Assembly: GCA_009602725.1 (NCBI GenBank) | Contig: WELB01000020.1 | Coordinates: 296,705 to 360,704, forward strand | Origin: Spirogloea muscicola | Taxonomy: Eukaryota | Direction: 5' to 3' | DNA length: 64,000 nt | Shown here: in pieces, positions 49,948 to 63,478 of the stretch | Numbering within the stretch: the stretch's first letter is position 1 | Layout: every line of letters starts with the position of its first letter | Program-made: the position numbers and the translations under genes | Notes under the pieces: model-generated | Databases searched by the model: none | What the model saw: the letters and a program-made list of their open reading frames with translations, nothing else | Told to the model about the DNA's origin: nothing

Positions 49948-52234
49948 TCAGTCCTGCATCATGGGCGCATTGTGCCAGTCGAATGGCAATCCCATGGAGC
50001 CGCCCCACGGGTCCCCCTGCTGATCTCCGCTGGGCCGCTTGCGCATGTACAGACCCCACACAAATTGCACGTACCCCCTGCCCAAGTTCAGAGGCAATAA
50101 AGCCAGTAGTCAGGTACAGCCGCGGACCAAATATCTAGTATCAAATGCATTGCATACTGCATACTGGCTCCGCCCTTTCAGATTGATACGGCAGCAAGCT
50201 GAAGCAGCCTAATTTCCCTGATCATACCATCCAAGGAGAGCGAGGAGGCAGATGGATACAAAGAGTGAGGCCGTCAGCTTCGCACGGCTGAAGATGATCC
50301 ATCTGTTAGAAGCCAGAGATCTTGACTGCTGTCAGTAACGCCTTGGTCAGCATCCGGCAAGAATTGCGTTTTGCAAGGAGTAATTAGCAACCACTTAACA
50401 AGAGCACAAGAAACAAGAGCTGTAGTACTGTGCTGCTCACCCAACTGGCACCATGCTAAGCAGGAAAGCCGAAACCCCTGAGAAAGTCCTCCGAGTCAAC
50501 GGAAGCTTAGAAGTGGAGCCGTGTCTCCAGGTCAACGAGGTTAATATGTTGAATGGTCACAGAGGAGCAAGCAGTAGCGTCTGGCGACCTACCCCAGTTG
50601 AAGCAGTAGAAGGCCAGGGTCCAAGCGCCCTCGCACCTGTACATAGGGCAGTCCACAAGATGAACGAGCATCACGATCACCATATGTAAACACCAAAGTC
50701 ACCAAAGTAAGTCGACCTTAGTCAAGGTCATACTGAAGATGCTGCTCGCTGTGGCGGCACCTTGTAACTGCAACGAAGAGACCAGCTGAGGGACCTTGAT
50801 TGGTAGAAGATAGGGGCGTGCAAAAGGCTCCAGAGGAGAGAGGGCTGTTTGGTAAGAGGCGGTTTGTGGGCAGCGGACCGGAGGTCCCAGAAGGACTCAA
50901 AGGTGCGCTTGGGAGCAGGAGGACGGTCGCCTGCGCGGAATGTCTCGCAGAATTGGTGACACCGGAACATGAACTCTTCCTCTGCTGCCTCGCCGACGTA
51001 CTTGCGGCCGCTCTTGAGGATGCTGCCCAGCACAAGGGCGCACGTCACCAGCGATACCGCCATGCAGCCCTCCTGCGACGCAAGCAACTGATGGATGAGG
51101 TCCCCACACACCAGCAAGCAAAGTGGGTTGCCTTGGCAGCTGGCGTTGCTCACATTGGCGGATGGAGTCTAGACAAGCTGCTCACCACTATCGCCGTGAG
51201 GACGCCGTACATGATGATCAGGCCCTGCAGAGCAGAGGGGATCAGGAGGCACGAGGCCCCAGAATGAAGAGTGCTCGACCGAAGACCTGCAAGCGAGCGG
51301 CAGCTCTTGCAATGACCAGGCTCCTTCATCGGCAGCCTTGACCCTCACCAAGGGGTTGGCGGGGGGTGGTGCAAGGTTGAACTGTGTGAGAGTGACGGTG
51401 GCAAAGCCAGCAAAGAGCGCCGAGAGGTTCAGGATGGCCTTGAGCTGCTCCGACTTCTCCTCCACGTCCCGCCGGTTCTTCTCCACGAACCTGCGGGAAA
51501 GGAAATACTTAAGTGATAATGAGTTACGAAATACACATGTTTGTAAGCAGCCCAATGCTAGCAGAAAGAGAGAGTGCAACCAGCTACGGCTGCAGCGGAA
51601 AGGCAAGTTTGCAGGGAGGACGTGACAAGTGATAAGCCCAAAGGGAAGGGACTGACGAGGGAGAGGGGGCATGACAATGCATAATACGCTTAACCAGACC
51701 AATTTGGGGGCGGTGGATTTTTACATAGAGCAGCAAAGGGAAGGCGAAGGGGCGGTGCTGCAGTGATGCGGAGCTGGTACCTGAGCCAGAGCGTGCGGGC
51801 GTTCTCCACGTTGCGCTGGTCGAGGTCCCCATCTCGCCACCTGCGCACACCGAGTGCGGCTCAGGTCAGAGCTCACAGGATGAAACTCTAGATAGTCAAG
51901 GTATTTGTATACTCACACCGACCGCTTCCGTTTGCTTCCGCTTGCTTTGTCATACGCTTGCATTCTTAGCTGATAAGGCCAAATCCCTAAACAGTTAGTC
52001 CTTAACCCTAAACCCCAAACCCTTACCTTAAACCCTTGACCCCTAATCTATCTACGTCTAGACGTCGAGGTCGCGGGCAGTCAGAAGGGTCCGCACCACC
52101 GCCTGCATCAGCGGCAGAGCGAGCTCAGCGACGGAGCGAGCGGGGCGGCCGGCGGCGGCACGCACTCCTTGGCGGCGTCGCGGCGCGCGCGCTCGGCCTT
52201 GCGCGCGGCGCGCTCCTCGCCACGCCAGCCGGCG
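49948..52234 (-). CDS. Orai (CRAC channel)-like 4-TM protein, paralog A (5' end in N gap)
   Basis: Exons from >52234-52166 (WRGEERAARK), WRDGDLDQRNVENAR, TM1 EQLKAILNLSALFAGFATVTLTQF, GLIIMYGVLTAIV, CEGAWTLAFYCFNWG, WIIF..., ends GLPFDWHNAPMMQD*; intron positions shared with paralog B. Confidence 0.85.
51982..52047 (+). repeat. Degenerate interstitial telomere-like (CCCTAAA)n in an Orai A intron
   Basis: ccctaaac...ttaaccctaaaccccaaacccttaccttaaacccttgacccctaa. Confidence 0.7.
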
Positions 52235-52291
52235 NNNNNNNNNNNNNNNNNNNNNNNNNNNNNNNNNNNNNNNNNNNNNNNNNNNNNNNNN

Positions 52292-52595
<304 letters not shown>

Positions 52596-52701
52596 NACCG
52601 ATCTGGCGGCCGCTGCGGCGCCTAACCTACCGGCCGCGGAGCGCGGCGTCGAGAGCGCCGGCAGCCTCAGCGGCGGCGCTGCCGACGGCGGCGCGGCGGC
52701 C

Positions 52702-55692
52702 ATGGGCTCGTCGGCCATGGACGCCGCCCAGGCGCTGCTGACTGCCTTCGACACCAGCATGTCCACGCACTGGCGAGGTGCCGCCCCTAAGCCCTAAACC
52801 CCTAATCTTCAAACCCTAAACCCTAAGCCCCGCCGTTGCCGGGCTTCTCTCTCCCTTCTCCCTCCCTCTCTCTTCTTCCTCCAGTTGCTGCAGCTGCTGC
52901 ATGGAAAGCCCCTGCTGGAGCAGCGGCAGCACCGAAGATGCAGCAGTGGGGCTGCTGGGTTCTGCCTCCAGAAGGATTTATGCAGCAGTTGAGTTGAAGT
53001 AAGGGAAGTTGAGTTGAGTTGAGCTGAGTTTGAGCAGCTCCAGAATGTAAAGCCAGGGAGAGCTGCAGTGACAGAAAGGCAAGTCCGTGCTCAATGCGTC
53101 AAGAGCAAGAGTGTCAAGGGGAGCAGAGTCAGAGGAAGACGGATGACTCCGCGACGAGAAAATGAAGGAGGAACAGAGAAAGCTGAAGTGACGAAGAGAT
53201 AGTCGTGCATCAAGTCCTGTATCTTGATGATCTTGAACCAGGGTACATCGACTCTTAACCTCCAAGAAGCCATGAACGAGTCCAAGCCAGAGTGCTGATG
53301 TGCGGGAGCCGATGCATGGGCAACAGAGGAGGACCGGCGGTGGAGGGCGGAGGACCGCGAGTGGCGGGTGGAGGATGTGGAGTACCGGGAGCAGGAGCGG
53401 GAATGGTTCCTCCAGGAGGCGGCCATGCGCGAGTCCGAGCGCCAGTGAGCACCTGCGGACAACCCCTACCTCTTGCCTTCCTCCGGCCCCCTTCCCACCT
53501 TCACGTCGACGGCCTCCAGTGCCCACATCTTATGCGGTGCCCGCCGCCACAGGTGGCGTGCCGAAGATGTCGAGCAGCGGCACGTTGAGAACGCCCGCTA
53601 CGTCTGGAGCAGGTGGGTGCCCACCTCCCATCTCATTTCTCGCTGGCTCGAGGTGACCTTTTGGGCGCTGGTCAATGGGCCCCCCCCCAAGGCCGAACTT
53701 GCACCTCCACCGCCGCTGCTGCTGCAGGTTCGTGGAGAAGAACCGGCGCGATGTGGAGGAGAAGTCCGAGCAGCTCAAGGCCATCTCCAACGTCTCAGCT
53801 CTCTTTGCAGGGTTTGCAGTCGTCACGCTCACGCAGTTCAACTTCCAGTACAGCGACACTCACCTGGTTGGCCTCTTGGCCTCGTCGTTCACAAATCTCC
53901 TCTTGATGCGTTGAGCTTCAAACTTGATTGCCATCATGAATTACAATTCCAGACGGTGTCTAGCTTACGAGACACTGTGTGGACAAGGATGTTGGTTCTT
54001 AGTGTATATGGATGTTGGTTCTTAGCTTCACATCAGCACAGTAAAGTGGACAGGAAGGGAATGAGTAGAAGTTAGGCAAAAGAAAGGGACGAAGATGGAG
54101 CTGCAGCCATAAGCTGTGGCCCGCTGAGCAGGGCTGAATGTGCTTGGGCTGCTCGCAAGCCCCTGACTCCTGCTCTATCGTGCTGCCGCCTTGTCACAGT
54201 ACCTGGTTGCCATCTACGGCATCTTGACAGCTACCACGGTGAGCCTACGACCACAGAATGCCTTGGTCTAGCCCATCCACAAGCCCTGCATTCGAGACAA
54301 TGATAAACCAGTCAATCCCAGACAATCAGCGCCTAAGCCTGAGTCCGTCAAGCAAGTGCTTGGCCCTCCAGGTTGGGCTCATGACGCTCTCCATGGTAAC
54401 ATGCACGCTCATCCTGGGGTCAATCCTGAAGAACGGCAAGAACTATGTGAATGAGGATGCTGAGGAGGACTTCATGTTCCGCTGCAAGGACTTTGTGGCG
54501 GGCTATGCTGTTGGTCAGAAGCCCCCTGCGCCACGCCGCACATTTGAGGCCTTTTGGGACTACAGGTGCGTTGCGCTGGTCACATAGTACGATCTGCGGT
54601 TCAGGGGTATTAGCTTCTGGGGCTTATAAACACTACAATGGCACACCGCTGTTCGGCGGCAACTACTAGAAGCTTCTGATGGAGATGGGGTGCTTGCAAA
54701 TCTGGCTCTGGGATGCATGTGGACGCAGTCGTGGTTGTTTGTTTAAGGTGATGCCCGTGGCCCCAGGTGCGAGGAGGACTGGCGCCGGGCGTTCAGCTTC
54801 TTTACCTGGGGTGATTGCCCTCAGGCCCTTGGACTCAGGGTCTTTGTCCACTTGATAATGATTAAGCAAGTGTTTTTAAGATGCTGAGAACCTTGCAGAT
54901 GTGCTATCTCATGTTTTCCAGAGTCGGATGAGAGATTAGAAATTCTTATCCAAAAAAGACAGGATTTGAGGGGTTCTGCTCTGTCACCCGGAATACATTG
55001 GGCTTGCCTATCGTCCTAGGGCTGTTCGGTCAAGGTTGCCCTGGTGACAAAGCTGCCGCCGCTGAACCGGCAGAGGCAGCTTCATTCATGTTTCCCGCAT
55101 TTGGCAGCAGCAGCAACAGCTGCGCTCTGTCACTGATAGTGCCGCACAGTCCTTGCAGGCACATTCTCCTTCTTGGCCAGCCTCATTCCGATCGGGTGAG
55201 GGCCCAAGAGCCACTGCATCGCCACAGGCCATTGCTGCCTCGACAGCAGTTGGCCTCGTCTCGGCAGCAATACAGAGTTGCTGCTTTGTTCATGTAGTCA
55301 GCCGGCCTTGCAGTATTTGCATGAGCTTACAGGTGCCTGCATGCCACCCAGGTGGATCAAGTTCTTCTACTCCACACTCACGGCGGCGTGCTTCATGGGC
55401 ATTGTCTGTGTAGCGGTCCTCGTCTGGTGAGACGCCCTCTTGCCAACACCTTTTGCCAAGATATACTCAATCTCAAATCAAGAGATTTCAGTCCGAGCTC
55501 AAGTCTGCATCCGCGCTGTGCAGGGGGTGGCAGCAGTGGTCGTGGGGGTCATACCTGACAGCGTCGCCGGTGATGCTGGTGGATGCGGAGATGCGGTTAC
55601 AGCGCCAGATGTCACTTGTGCACCCGCAGGGTCTGCCATTTGACTGGCACATGAATCCGTCCTCCACGCGCCTTGACAACCTCGACAGTTGA
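52702..55692 (+). CDS. Orai (CRAC channel)-like 4-TM protein, paralog B
   Basis: 10 GT-AG exons (52702-52777, 53327-53444, 53553-53612, 53728-, ...). TM1 EQLKAISNVSALFAGFAVVTLTQF aligns with human Orai1 [22 protein letters not shown]; ends GLPFDWHMNP...LDS*. Confidence 0.88.
52785..52830 (+). repeat. Telomere-like/telo-box repeats at the start of Orai B intron 1
   Basis: cccctaagccctaaacccctaatcttcaaaccctaaaccctaagccc. Confidence 0.75.
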
Positions 55693-56018
55693 CCACATAG
55701 CTCCAATGCCCCCACAGATAACCAGCTTGCACTGCGCCTCGCATATGCGGGATGCACTTGCAGGCGCGTTCAGCAACGTCTTAGCTCAACCTTGTTACAT
55801 GTGAAAGACTTGTGGACTGCACACTTGCATCGAGCCAGGCCAGCTGCTGCTGTGCCAGGGCGACTGCCACAGTTGATGAGGGATGAATGTCGTTGGTGCG
55901 CTGTTCAGACAGAGGGCAAGTCACGGCATACTCAAAGCAAGGACCTCTGCTAAGAGCGCCGGGCAATGGAAGCGAGTAATGAAACAATGTGTATGCGCTT
56001 CTGGTGGGCAGCTGCCTA

Positions 56019-57023
56019 TCAGCGGAGTGACATCGGCGGATGACGGGAGCGGAGGACGCCTCGCATGCAGTTCAGCCAGTGATGCACCTCCACATTGTCT
56101 TCGGCCTCCTCTTCTGCATAGTGGCAGCTCGTGCATTGTCAGTGCAGAGAACGCAGAGCTTTTCGCAACAGCGGCGCTGAGTGGGCCAGCACTCACGAAG
56201 GGAGGAGGCCGTGAGCTGGAGCTGGCCACGGTAGCACGTCACGCGGCCCTGCGCCCGCACGATGCGCCCGACGGCCACCTGGAAGCGGTGGGGACGGCAA
56301 AGACGTTGGGAATAGCGACGATGCCGGAGATGCCAACGGCCAGGTCACCGCTGCCATGCTCCTTGCAGAATAACCCTTCTTCACAGCAAGCGGCCGTGAA
56401 TGTACCTGCGCCGCGAGCTCGGCGGTGACTGTGCCGAGTGGGGTAGGTTCCACCGAGGGGTGTAGCCACAGGACCACCGGCGCGCAGCCGCTGCCATCGT
56501 CCACTGCACCACCCGCAGCGGCATGCCCTCAGCCGTCTGCAGTCGCCCTGGCGCGCTTAAGGGGTTTAGGGTTTAGGGGTTGGTTTTGGGCTTTAGGGTT
56601 TAGTACTTAGGATGAGAGGCTAAGTCGCAGCGCGAGGTGCAGACCGGCGAACCGCACGTAGCCAGCGCGGCGGTCGCAGAACACGACGACGCCCAGGACC
56701 TCCGCGCGGCGCACCGCTTGGCTGCCCCACAAGTACCAGCCTGCCACCATCACCGCCATCCGTCATGGCCTGCGCCATCAGGCCGGACTTAGGACTGCTG
56801 CAAGACCAGAACCGGAGGCAGCACCGAAGCAGCGGGGAAGGGGGGGGGGGGACAGCGCCTGACCTGGCGCGCTCGAGATGGGTGTCAGCGCAGCGAGGTG
56901 CGCTGCCAGCAGGCCGACGCAGCCCAGGTTAGGCGACGGCGCCACTGCGACGGCGACCGCGGCGGTGGCGGCAGCGGCGCCATTGCTTGGGGCTGCCTGG
57001 CCCAAGACCAGCGCGGCGGTCAT
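56019..57023 (-). CDS. STN1: CST complex subunit STN1 (plant-type single OB fold)
   Basis: Exons 57023-56864, 56740-56645, 56503-56406, 56278-56197, 56113-56019. AVRRAEVLGVVV, RFAVDDGSGCAPVVLWL, VRAQGRVTCYRGQLQLTA and DNVEVHHWLNC match the plant STN1 pattern. Confidence 0.88.
56557..56611 (+). repeat. (TTTAGGG)-like repeats in STN1 intron 2
   Basis: ttaaggggtttagggtttaggggttggttttgggctttagggtttagtacttagg. Confidence 0.75.
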
Positions 57024-57245
57024 GGTGTCGAGGACTGCCGCCAAGGACTGCCGCCAAGGATTGCCGCCGGCCGGCGGGGCCCTCCGGTCCCGGCGGCGGC
57101 GGCGGAGCCGGTGCCGCTGCCGCGCCAGCGCTACTCGGCGGGCACCGCCCGGAGGGCGTCGAGGTCGTCGCCGCTCAGCTTGTACTGCGCAGGCCAAGCA
57201 TGCGCCGCCGGCAGGCGATGAGGCGCCGGCTAGCGGCACAACCGT

Positions 57246-57276
<31 letters not shown>

Positions 57277-58117
57277 ACTGCCGCTGTTGGGCTGCTTGTC
57301 AAGCTACGACGTCGGGCTACTGTCACCGTCAACGGCAGCCTGCAAGTGCCGCACCAGAGTCAGGCACTGGGCAGGCACTGCGCCGCAGGTCCGTTAACTG
57401 GGTGAGCAGCAGTGTCGAACATGGCAGCAATACTGCTCGCATTGCTCGCCCGAATGAAACAACCAGAAAGAAGCCTCCTTCGTATAGCTTGTCAGATATG
57501 CATGTGCTCACTCGGGGATATTAGCGTCCCCCTTAGCCAGCTCATTACCCAGTTAACAGGACATTTGTAAGGCTAGAATTGGCCTCCCTTTCAATCTCAT
57601 GCGCACCGCGCGCCTTCTCTCTCTTCGTGGACAGGACTGTCACCGGAATGAGTGGGTGGTGATGACGTAGCGAAGATGCTTGGCATACCAGAGTGGCCAC
57701 TATGGATGACCACATCGTATCCCAAGTCAAGAGCTGCAAGTAGAATCAGCAGGAAACTTCGACCAGAGCACTGCCTTATGGCCCCATGTCGTTCAGTCAA
57801 GAGTCCACATTTGCGACATACATCCTGCTGAAAGAACCCTCAAGACCCATGAATCGTGGGCATGACAAGTAGAGCTTCTCCTACAGTAAAGGCCAGTCCT
57901 CTGTCTGGACATTAATGTCATTGCACTTTCTATCTACCGAGCTGCATGGTCAGGGGCGATTGCCATATTGCGCCGCATGGGCCTGTGCAGAAGCAGGGTG
58001 TCAGATTCTGTCNGAGCCGCGCGGGGAGGCTCGGTTGGGGCTCCTGATCAGCGACTGCCGGCCGCCGCTGCCATCGCCGCTGAGCCGCCGCCCCCGCCGT
58101 CGCCGCCGCCGCCGCAG

Positions 58118-60082
58118 GTCGCGGCAGGGGCGCTGGGCGCCGGAGCCGGCGTCGCGAGCGCCGCCAACCTGGGGGAGCGCATCCAGCGCGACAAGCTCCG
58201 AAGTCCGGCCCCGATGGCATCAAAGCCATCCACCATAGACGGCGCACCTGTCACGACAGCCGCCAGCTTCTGAGACGGAAATAGCGGTCGCTGCGTTTGC
58301 CGCGTGCCAGGTGTCATTAAGGCGGCTCTACGGGCTGCCGTCACGGTGAGAGCTCGCCTGGTCGCGATGCTCGCGGCAGCTGCTTTGCCGTATAGTCCGC
58401 GGCCCCACTGCCTGCGTTCTGCCACTAGGTGACGTCAAGCAATGGCTGTAAAAGCTTACCGCTTCGTTGCAATTGATGCTAATGCATATCCATCACACCA
58501 CGAACGGTCATTACTAAAGCTCCTGATGAGCCAAAGATGGGTCACGGGCTTGGATCCACTATAAGCTCGTGTCAATGGGCTCGTCGCCGGCCACCTCCTG
58601 CAGGACAACGAGGCGCTGATCCCGGACATCCTGCGGCTCGCCCTCAACGACATCGCCACTTACGACAAGGTCAGCTCCCCGTCACGTCAATCAAGTAGTG
58701 TGGCAGTGCGCAGCTTGGATTGTGGCTGCCAGCCAAAGCGCCGCCGGTGCCATACACGTGGACCACCATGGGCGCTCCGCTTACAGGACCCTGCCGCCAT
58801 GATGCAGGCCACGGCCACCGGTGGCCCCAATGGATCTATTCGTCTCAGGTCCGTGAGGACCTGCATGGTGACCACACAATTGCGCAGAAGCGTGTTACTT
58901 GTGGCACAGGCAGCCAATTGCGAACCAGTCTGATGATCGTTGCACCTGGTCTGAGGGCGCCAACGTGGGCGCAGCGAGGAGCTGGGCCGGCCGGAGAACG
59001 CTGGCCTGGACAAGGCCCTTGGCGTGCTCGGCAGCGTGAAGGCAAAGCTTGACGACAGCCAAGCCGCCCTCGGTGGACCCATCGGTTGGGCAGACCTTAT
59101 ACAGTATGCTGGTAGGCAACCTGCTTTTGGCTGGTGCACTCTGACGCCCAACCTTGTCTGTGGCGGCTATCTGAGGAGATGTACGTGGTTCTTGCTGAAG
59201 CAAGTCAGGTGATCACGATTGTGACTTACTGAGTTTGATCTGCTCGATCTGCAGCCGAGGTGGCGGTGCAGGGCCTCTTTCTCAATGCTGCGACACGCAA
59301 GGTTGGCGGTGATCCAGAAAAGGGCAGGCAACTCTACAATGCCTTTGGGTCGTCCGGCCAGGTCAGCAGCGCTGCTGCCACCAAGCAGCGCCGCCGCTGT
59401 CGAGCAGCGCTGCGTGCTCACCGCTGGCACCCCTTTTGAAGGAGCTCGGACACTGTCGTTGGGGCACTCCCTTTGCAGTGGGGCGCATTTGAGAAGCTTC
59501 TCGGGCGAAAGGACGCCGCAGCTGCGGATCCTGCTGGCCGCGTCATTGACTGGGAGCCGGCTTCGGTAGCAGACCTCAAGGCCAAGTTCGCCTCGCTCGG
59601 CCTCACTGGTCGCCAGGTGCAACCCTCTCCTCTTCCCCTCCCTTTTCTACCCTCTGGTCGAGCGATGAGGGCGCTCCTGCATTTGGCCGTCAGTGAGCCT
59701 TCCGGCAGCGCCGGCGGCCATGGCTTTGCAGCTGGTGGTCTTCTCGGTCTTCTTGGGGCCGGATCTGGAGAAGACAGAGGCAAAGCTCGCCACCGATCCC
59801 GAGCTCGCGGGCTACGTGACCAAGTACCAGCGCAGCCGCAAGACCATCTCAGAGACTGATTATGAGGTATAGGCAGACCGGCTCCGGCTGCTCCCAGCCT
59901 TGTGTCCGTTGCCAGGCACCTGCAAATGATTGTGTTGGCCGTTGTCAGCTCCACTAATGAGGGGCTGTGGTCTGCAGGTCGATCTAATCAATGCCCTCAC
60001 CAAGATTTGCGCGCTCAATCAGAAAATCAACTTCGAGGCATACACGTATGCAACGCCTACGCTTGTATTCAACAAGCTCTAG
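58118..60082 (+). CDS. TL29: Thylakoid lumenal 29 kDa protein (APX4-like, non-catalytic peroxidase fold); 5' exon(s) unresolved
   Basis: ASA|ANLGERIQR lumen cleavage site, LIPDILRLALNDIATYDK, TGGPNGSIRL, GGPIGWADLIQYA, QWGAFEKLLGRKDA, YQRSRKTISETDYEVDLI, INFEAYTY. Confidence 0.9.
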
Positions 60083-61169
60083 TCGGGCTCTTCTGAACAA
60101 CAATGTGGCGCAGCGCCACAAGAGATGACACTGCGCTACCGCGCTAAGGCGTTTGCAAAGCGCCACATTTTTGCCGCCAGATTGCGGACTGTGATGTCAT
60201 GAAGTTGCATCATTTGCACCGGAATCAGGATGTGCCTTTGTGGGCGACGATGCTGGGCTGCACTTGCCTGTACCAGCTGCTCCTTGCACATGGTAGGCCG
60301 CAAAGCACAGGAAGCATTGCCGCATCGTTCGTGGCGTTGATAGCTATGGAGTCTGCGCATAACAGGGTGCTGTCCTGTAGAGGAGACTGCGGTACTGGAG
60401 CACTGATGGTGGATGCTCGAGCTGCCGGGCAGTAGTCGGTTTGGGCTAGAAACCCGCTTACGGTGTTTGCTGAGCCAAAGTTCGGCCGAAGGGCAAGCAG
60501 GACATACAGGATACTGAGTGTTGGAGAGCATGAACCAGATAGATGGACACTGATAGCCATAAGGCTTGAACGTCCGTGCTGTAGCATTGACTGCCACGAG
60601 GATTAGTGGACAAGGAGGAAGCAAGAATGGAGTCAAAGGCGGAGTAAATCCTGCACAACAATTTGATGCAGGGAGAGTATTCAGGATGAAGGGCGAGGCT
60701 TGTTTCAAGCCCTCCATGATGCACTATTTTGTGATGGCGGAGCGTTGCCTTTGGAAACAGATGAAGAAGGGACGACCTCTGTAGGAGTTCTAAGCGGCTG
60801 CATGGACCAGTAGGACACCCCCAACTTGGGTACAAGCCCAATGTGCAAGGAGTGCAGCGCATGCTGGCTTACAAATGTCGAAGTGGGAAAGGTGGGCAAG
60901 GTCGGCCAACCGGACAATCCAACAATGTCATTGCACGTTCTATCTCTTCGTGGACAATGCTGGCACTTGCTTTGATGTCTGCAGTCAACAGATTGGCTGG
61001 CAGTGGCAGAGATTCATCTATACAGCAGATGGACTTACATACCTCTCAGCGACAACAGAAGGCAGAAGTGGACGTGTGCCGTAGATAGACCACCTTGAGA
61101 AGAGTGGAGTTTAGGGGACGTTGACGAAAGATCCAGAGAGCTCCCGAGGTTTCCCTAGTCCCTAGTCCT

Positions 61170-61335
61170 GGTTTGGACCTTGTACATATCTTTGGGCTGG
61201 CCTCTCACAGCCATTGCCTTACTTAGGAAGAGTTGTTTCCTTTGGGCTGGCCTCTCACAGCTATCGCACTACTTGACACGATGATTTCGGGCTGGCCATC
61301 GCAGCCATCCCTCCCCGATATGAGAGAGCTTCCCT
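61170..61335 (+). mobile_element. Three tandem retroelement 3'-hairpin fragments upstream of the CCCH gene
   Basis: gggctggcctctcacagcc (~61194), gggctggcctctcacagct (~61243), gggctggccatcgcagcc (~61289). Confidence 0.65.
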
Positions 61336-61446
61336 CTCTAAGGTTTCGCGTCAAAATTGCGTTAGCGGAAGGTTCCAAATTGCACGCCCCCCCGTTTTCT
61401 CCCCCCCAAAACCCTAATCCCTCGACCCCACACTGCCCCGCCGCCT

Positions 61447-61492
<46 letters not shown>

Positions 61493-61622
61493 GGTTTCGG
61501 AGCTGGAGCACTCAGCGCGGCAGGAGAAGCGGCGGCGGCCGCGCTGCGGACGCCGGCTTAGAGCTTGAGGTGCTCCGGGCGGCCAGCCTCGTTGGGCGAC
61601 GCCGGAAACGGCGGCGGCGGCC

Positions 61623-63478
61623 ATGGCGGCGCCGGAGCACGGCCCGCCGGGGGCGTCGNNNNNNNNNNNNNNNNNNNNNNNNNNNNNNNNNNNNNNNNNN
61701 NNNNNNNNNNNNNNNNNNNNNNNNNNNNNNNNNNNNNNNNNNNNNNNNNNNCGGTTGCGGCAGCGGCGGCGGCCGCGGCGGCGGCGGCGGGCGCGTGAAC
61801 GGCGGCCGCGGCAAGGGCAGCATCTTCTTCCGCACCAAGCTGTGCAGCAAGTTCAAGGCGGGCACCTGCCCCTACGTCACCAACTGCAACTTCGCGCACT
61901 CCATGGACGAGCTGCGCAAGCCGCCGCCGGGCTGGGAGGACCTCGTCGGGCCCCAGGTGCAGCACCCCCTCTGAACCACCAAACGCCTATACCCCTAACC
62001 TCTAAACCCCTGAAGCCCGTCGCCGTTTCCTGTCGAAGCTCAGGCCGTGCTGCTAGGTTGAGGGTTCAAGGTCTCGCAGCTACAGAGAGGGGACCAGGCT
62101 ACTGGGTATGGTGGAGATCCACAACATTGTAACTTTTTGTCAACTCCTGACCCTTAGCCCCAGTCCCTGGCACCTCATCAATCTACGGCTCGCTCGTGGC
62201 GGTGGCGGCAGCTAAGGTGGCCGTGCCTGCAACGGCGGCAGCGGCAGTGGTGTGCGCAGATATTGCCGTGTCCTGCAAGTGATTGCAAATCTCGAGCTTG
62301 TGCAGGAGGAGAAGCATGTGGAGCGCGTGCCGCCGGAGCTCAAGCGCAACAAGCCGTGCAACAAGTTCAACAGCGAAGTGGGGTGCCCCTACGGCGACCG
62401 CTGCCTCTTCATCCACGAGCGCTTGCCGTCACAGCCTCAGCCGCAGGCTCCGGCGCCGCAGCCTGCGGCAGCGCCGCCGCCGCAGCGGGGGCCGCTTGGC
62501 AATGGGGGTGGCGCTGGCGAGTGGGCGGGCCGGAGTGGGCCCCTTCCTCAGGCGCCAGTGGAGGCGAGGGGGCCGCCAGGCGGCGGCGGCGCAGATAACA
62601 GCAGTGGGGTAGGCGGCGGCATTGGCGGCGTTGGGGGTGGAAGCGGCGTCAGCGACAAGGGGCCCAGGCCCGCACACTGGAAGACGCGCATCTGCCTCAA
62701 GTGGGAGGAGGGCGCCTGCCCATTTGGGGACAAGTGCCACTTCGCTCACGGTGCTCATGGTGAGCGACTCGGCTCGCCGCCGAGGCGCCAACATGGCTGC
62801 CGTTGTTGCTTCTGTTTCGCTTGCGTGCCATTGCTCGAGGCTTCTGGGAGGCGCTTTCCAAATCTGCTTTGAACTGCTGCTTTAGAGACTCTGAGCGTCA
62901 AATGATTGCTCTTCCTTCTTTTGGAACACAGCCCACTATGCAGGTTGCACTTTGCCAAGATGGAGAAGCATTCCCTTGATCTAGACCGTACATAATGGTC
63001 AATTACATTATGTATAATGTCTTCATACTACCCTGCAGACTTGCAGCCGTATGGCGGGTCAGCTGCTGTATCTGCGGGCGGCAATGCCACATTAAGGCCT
63101 GATACAGTGGAAGCAGCGGCGGCTCCAAGGCAGCCAAATGGTAAGAGTGGTGGCGGCGGGCCCGCAGCGCATGCAAGGCCAGAGGAGGCCGGCGGTGGCG
63201 GTCGGGGTGCAGCTGCGTGGCATGGCCCGGCGGGGCAGGTCACGACCGTCTATGGAGACTGGCTGGCCGAGGAGGACTGGGAGGAGGAGGACTGGGGCGA
63301 CACCGACGCTTGGGGCTGGGATGACGAAGGCGGCGATGGTGGCATCGTTGAGGACGGCCAAGCAGCCGGTGACAAGATAGAAGGGCCGGCGGAGGGGAGC
63401 GCCCCTGGTGCTGCTCGCCCCTTCCTTTGTGCACCGACTGATGTGGCAGCAGCGAGTGCCGTGGCACAGACCAGCTAA
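61623..63478 (+). CDS. Tandem CCCH zinc-finger RNA-binding protein (3 fingers); N gap in exon 1
   Basis: FRTKLCSKFKAGTCPYVTNCNFAH..ELRKPPPGWE, KPCNKFNSEVGCPYGDRCLFIH, WKTRICLKWEEGACPFGDKCHFAHG; one internal splice junction not resolved. Confidence 0.88.

Noticed and set aside
60136..61088. Possible gene between TL29 and the CCCH gene
   Set aside because: Only short ORFs without recognisable motifs; no consistent exon chain could be built.
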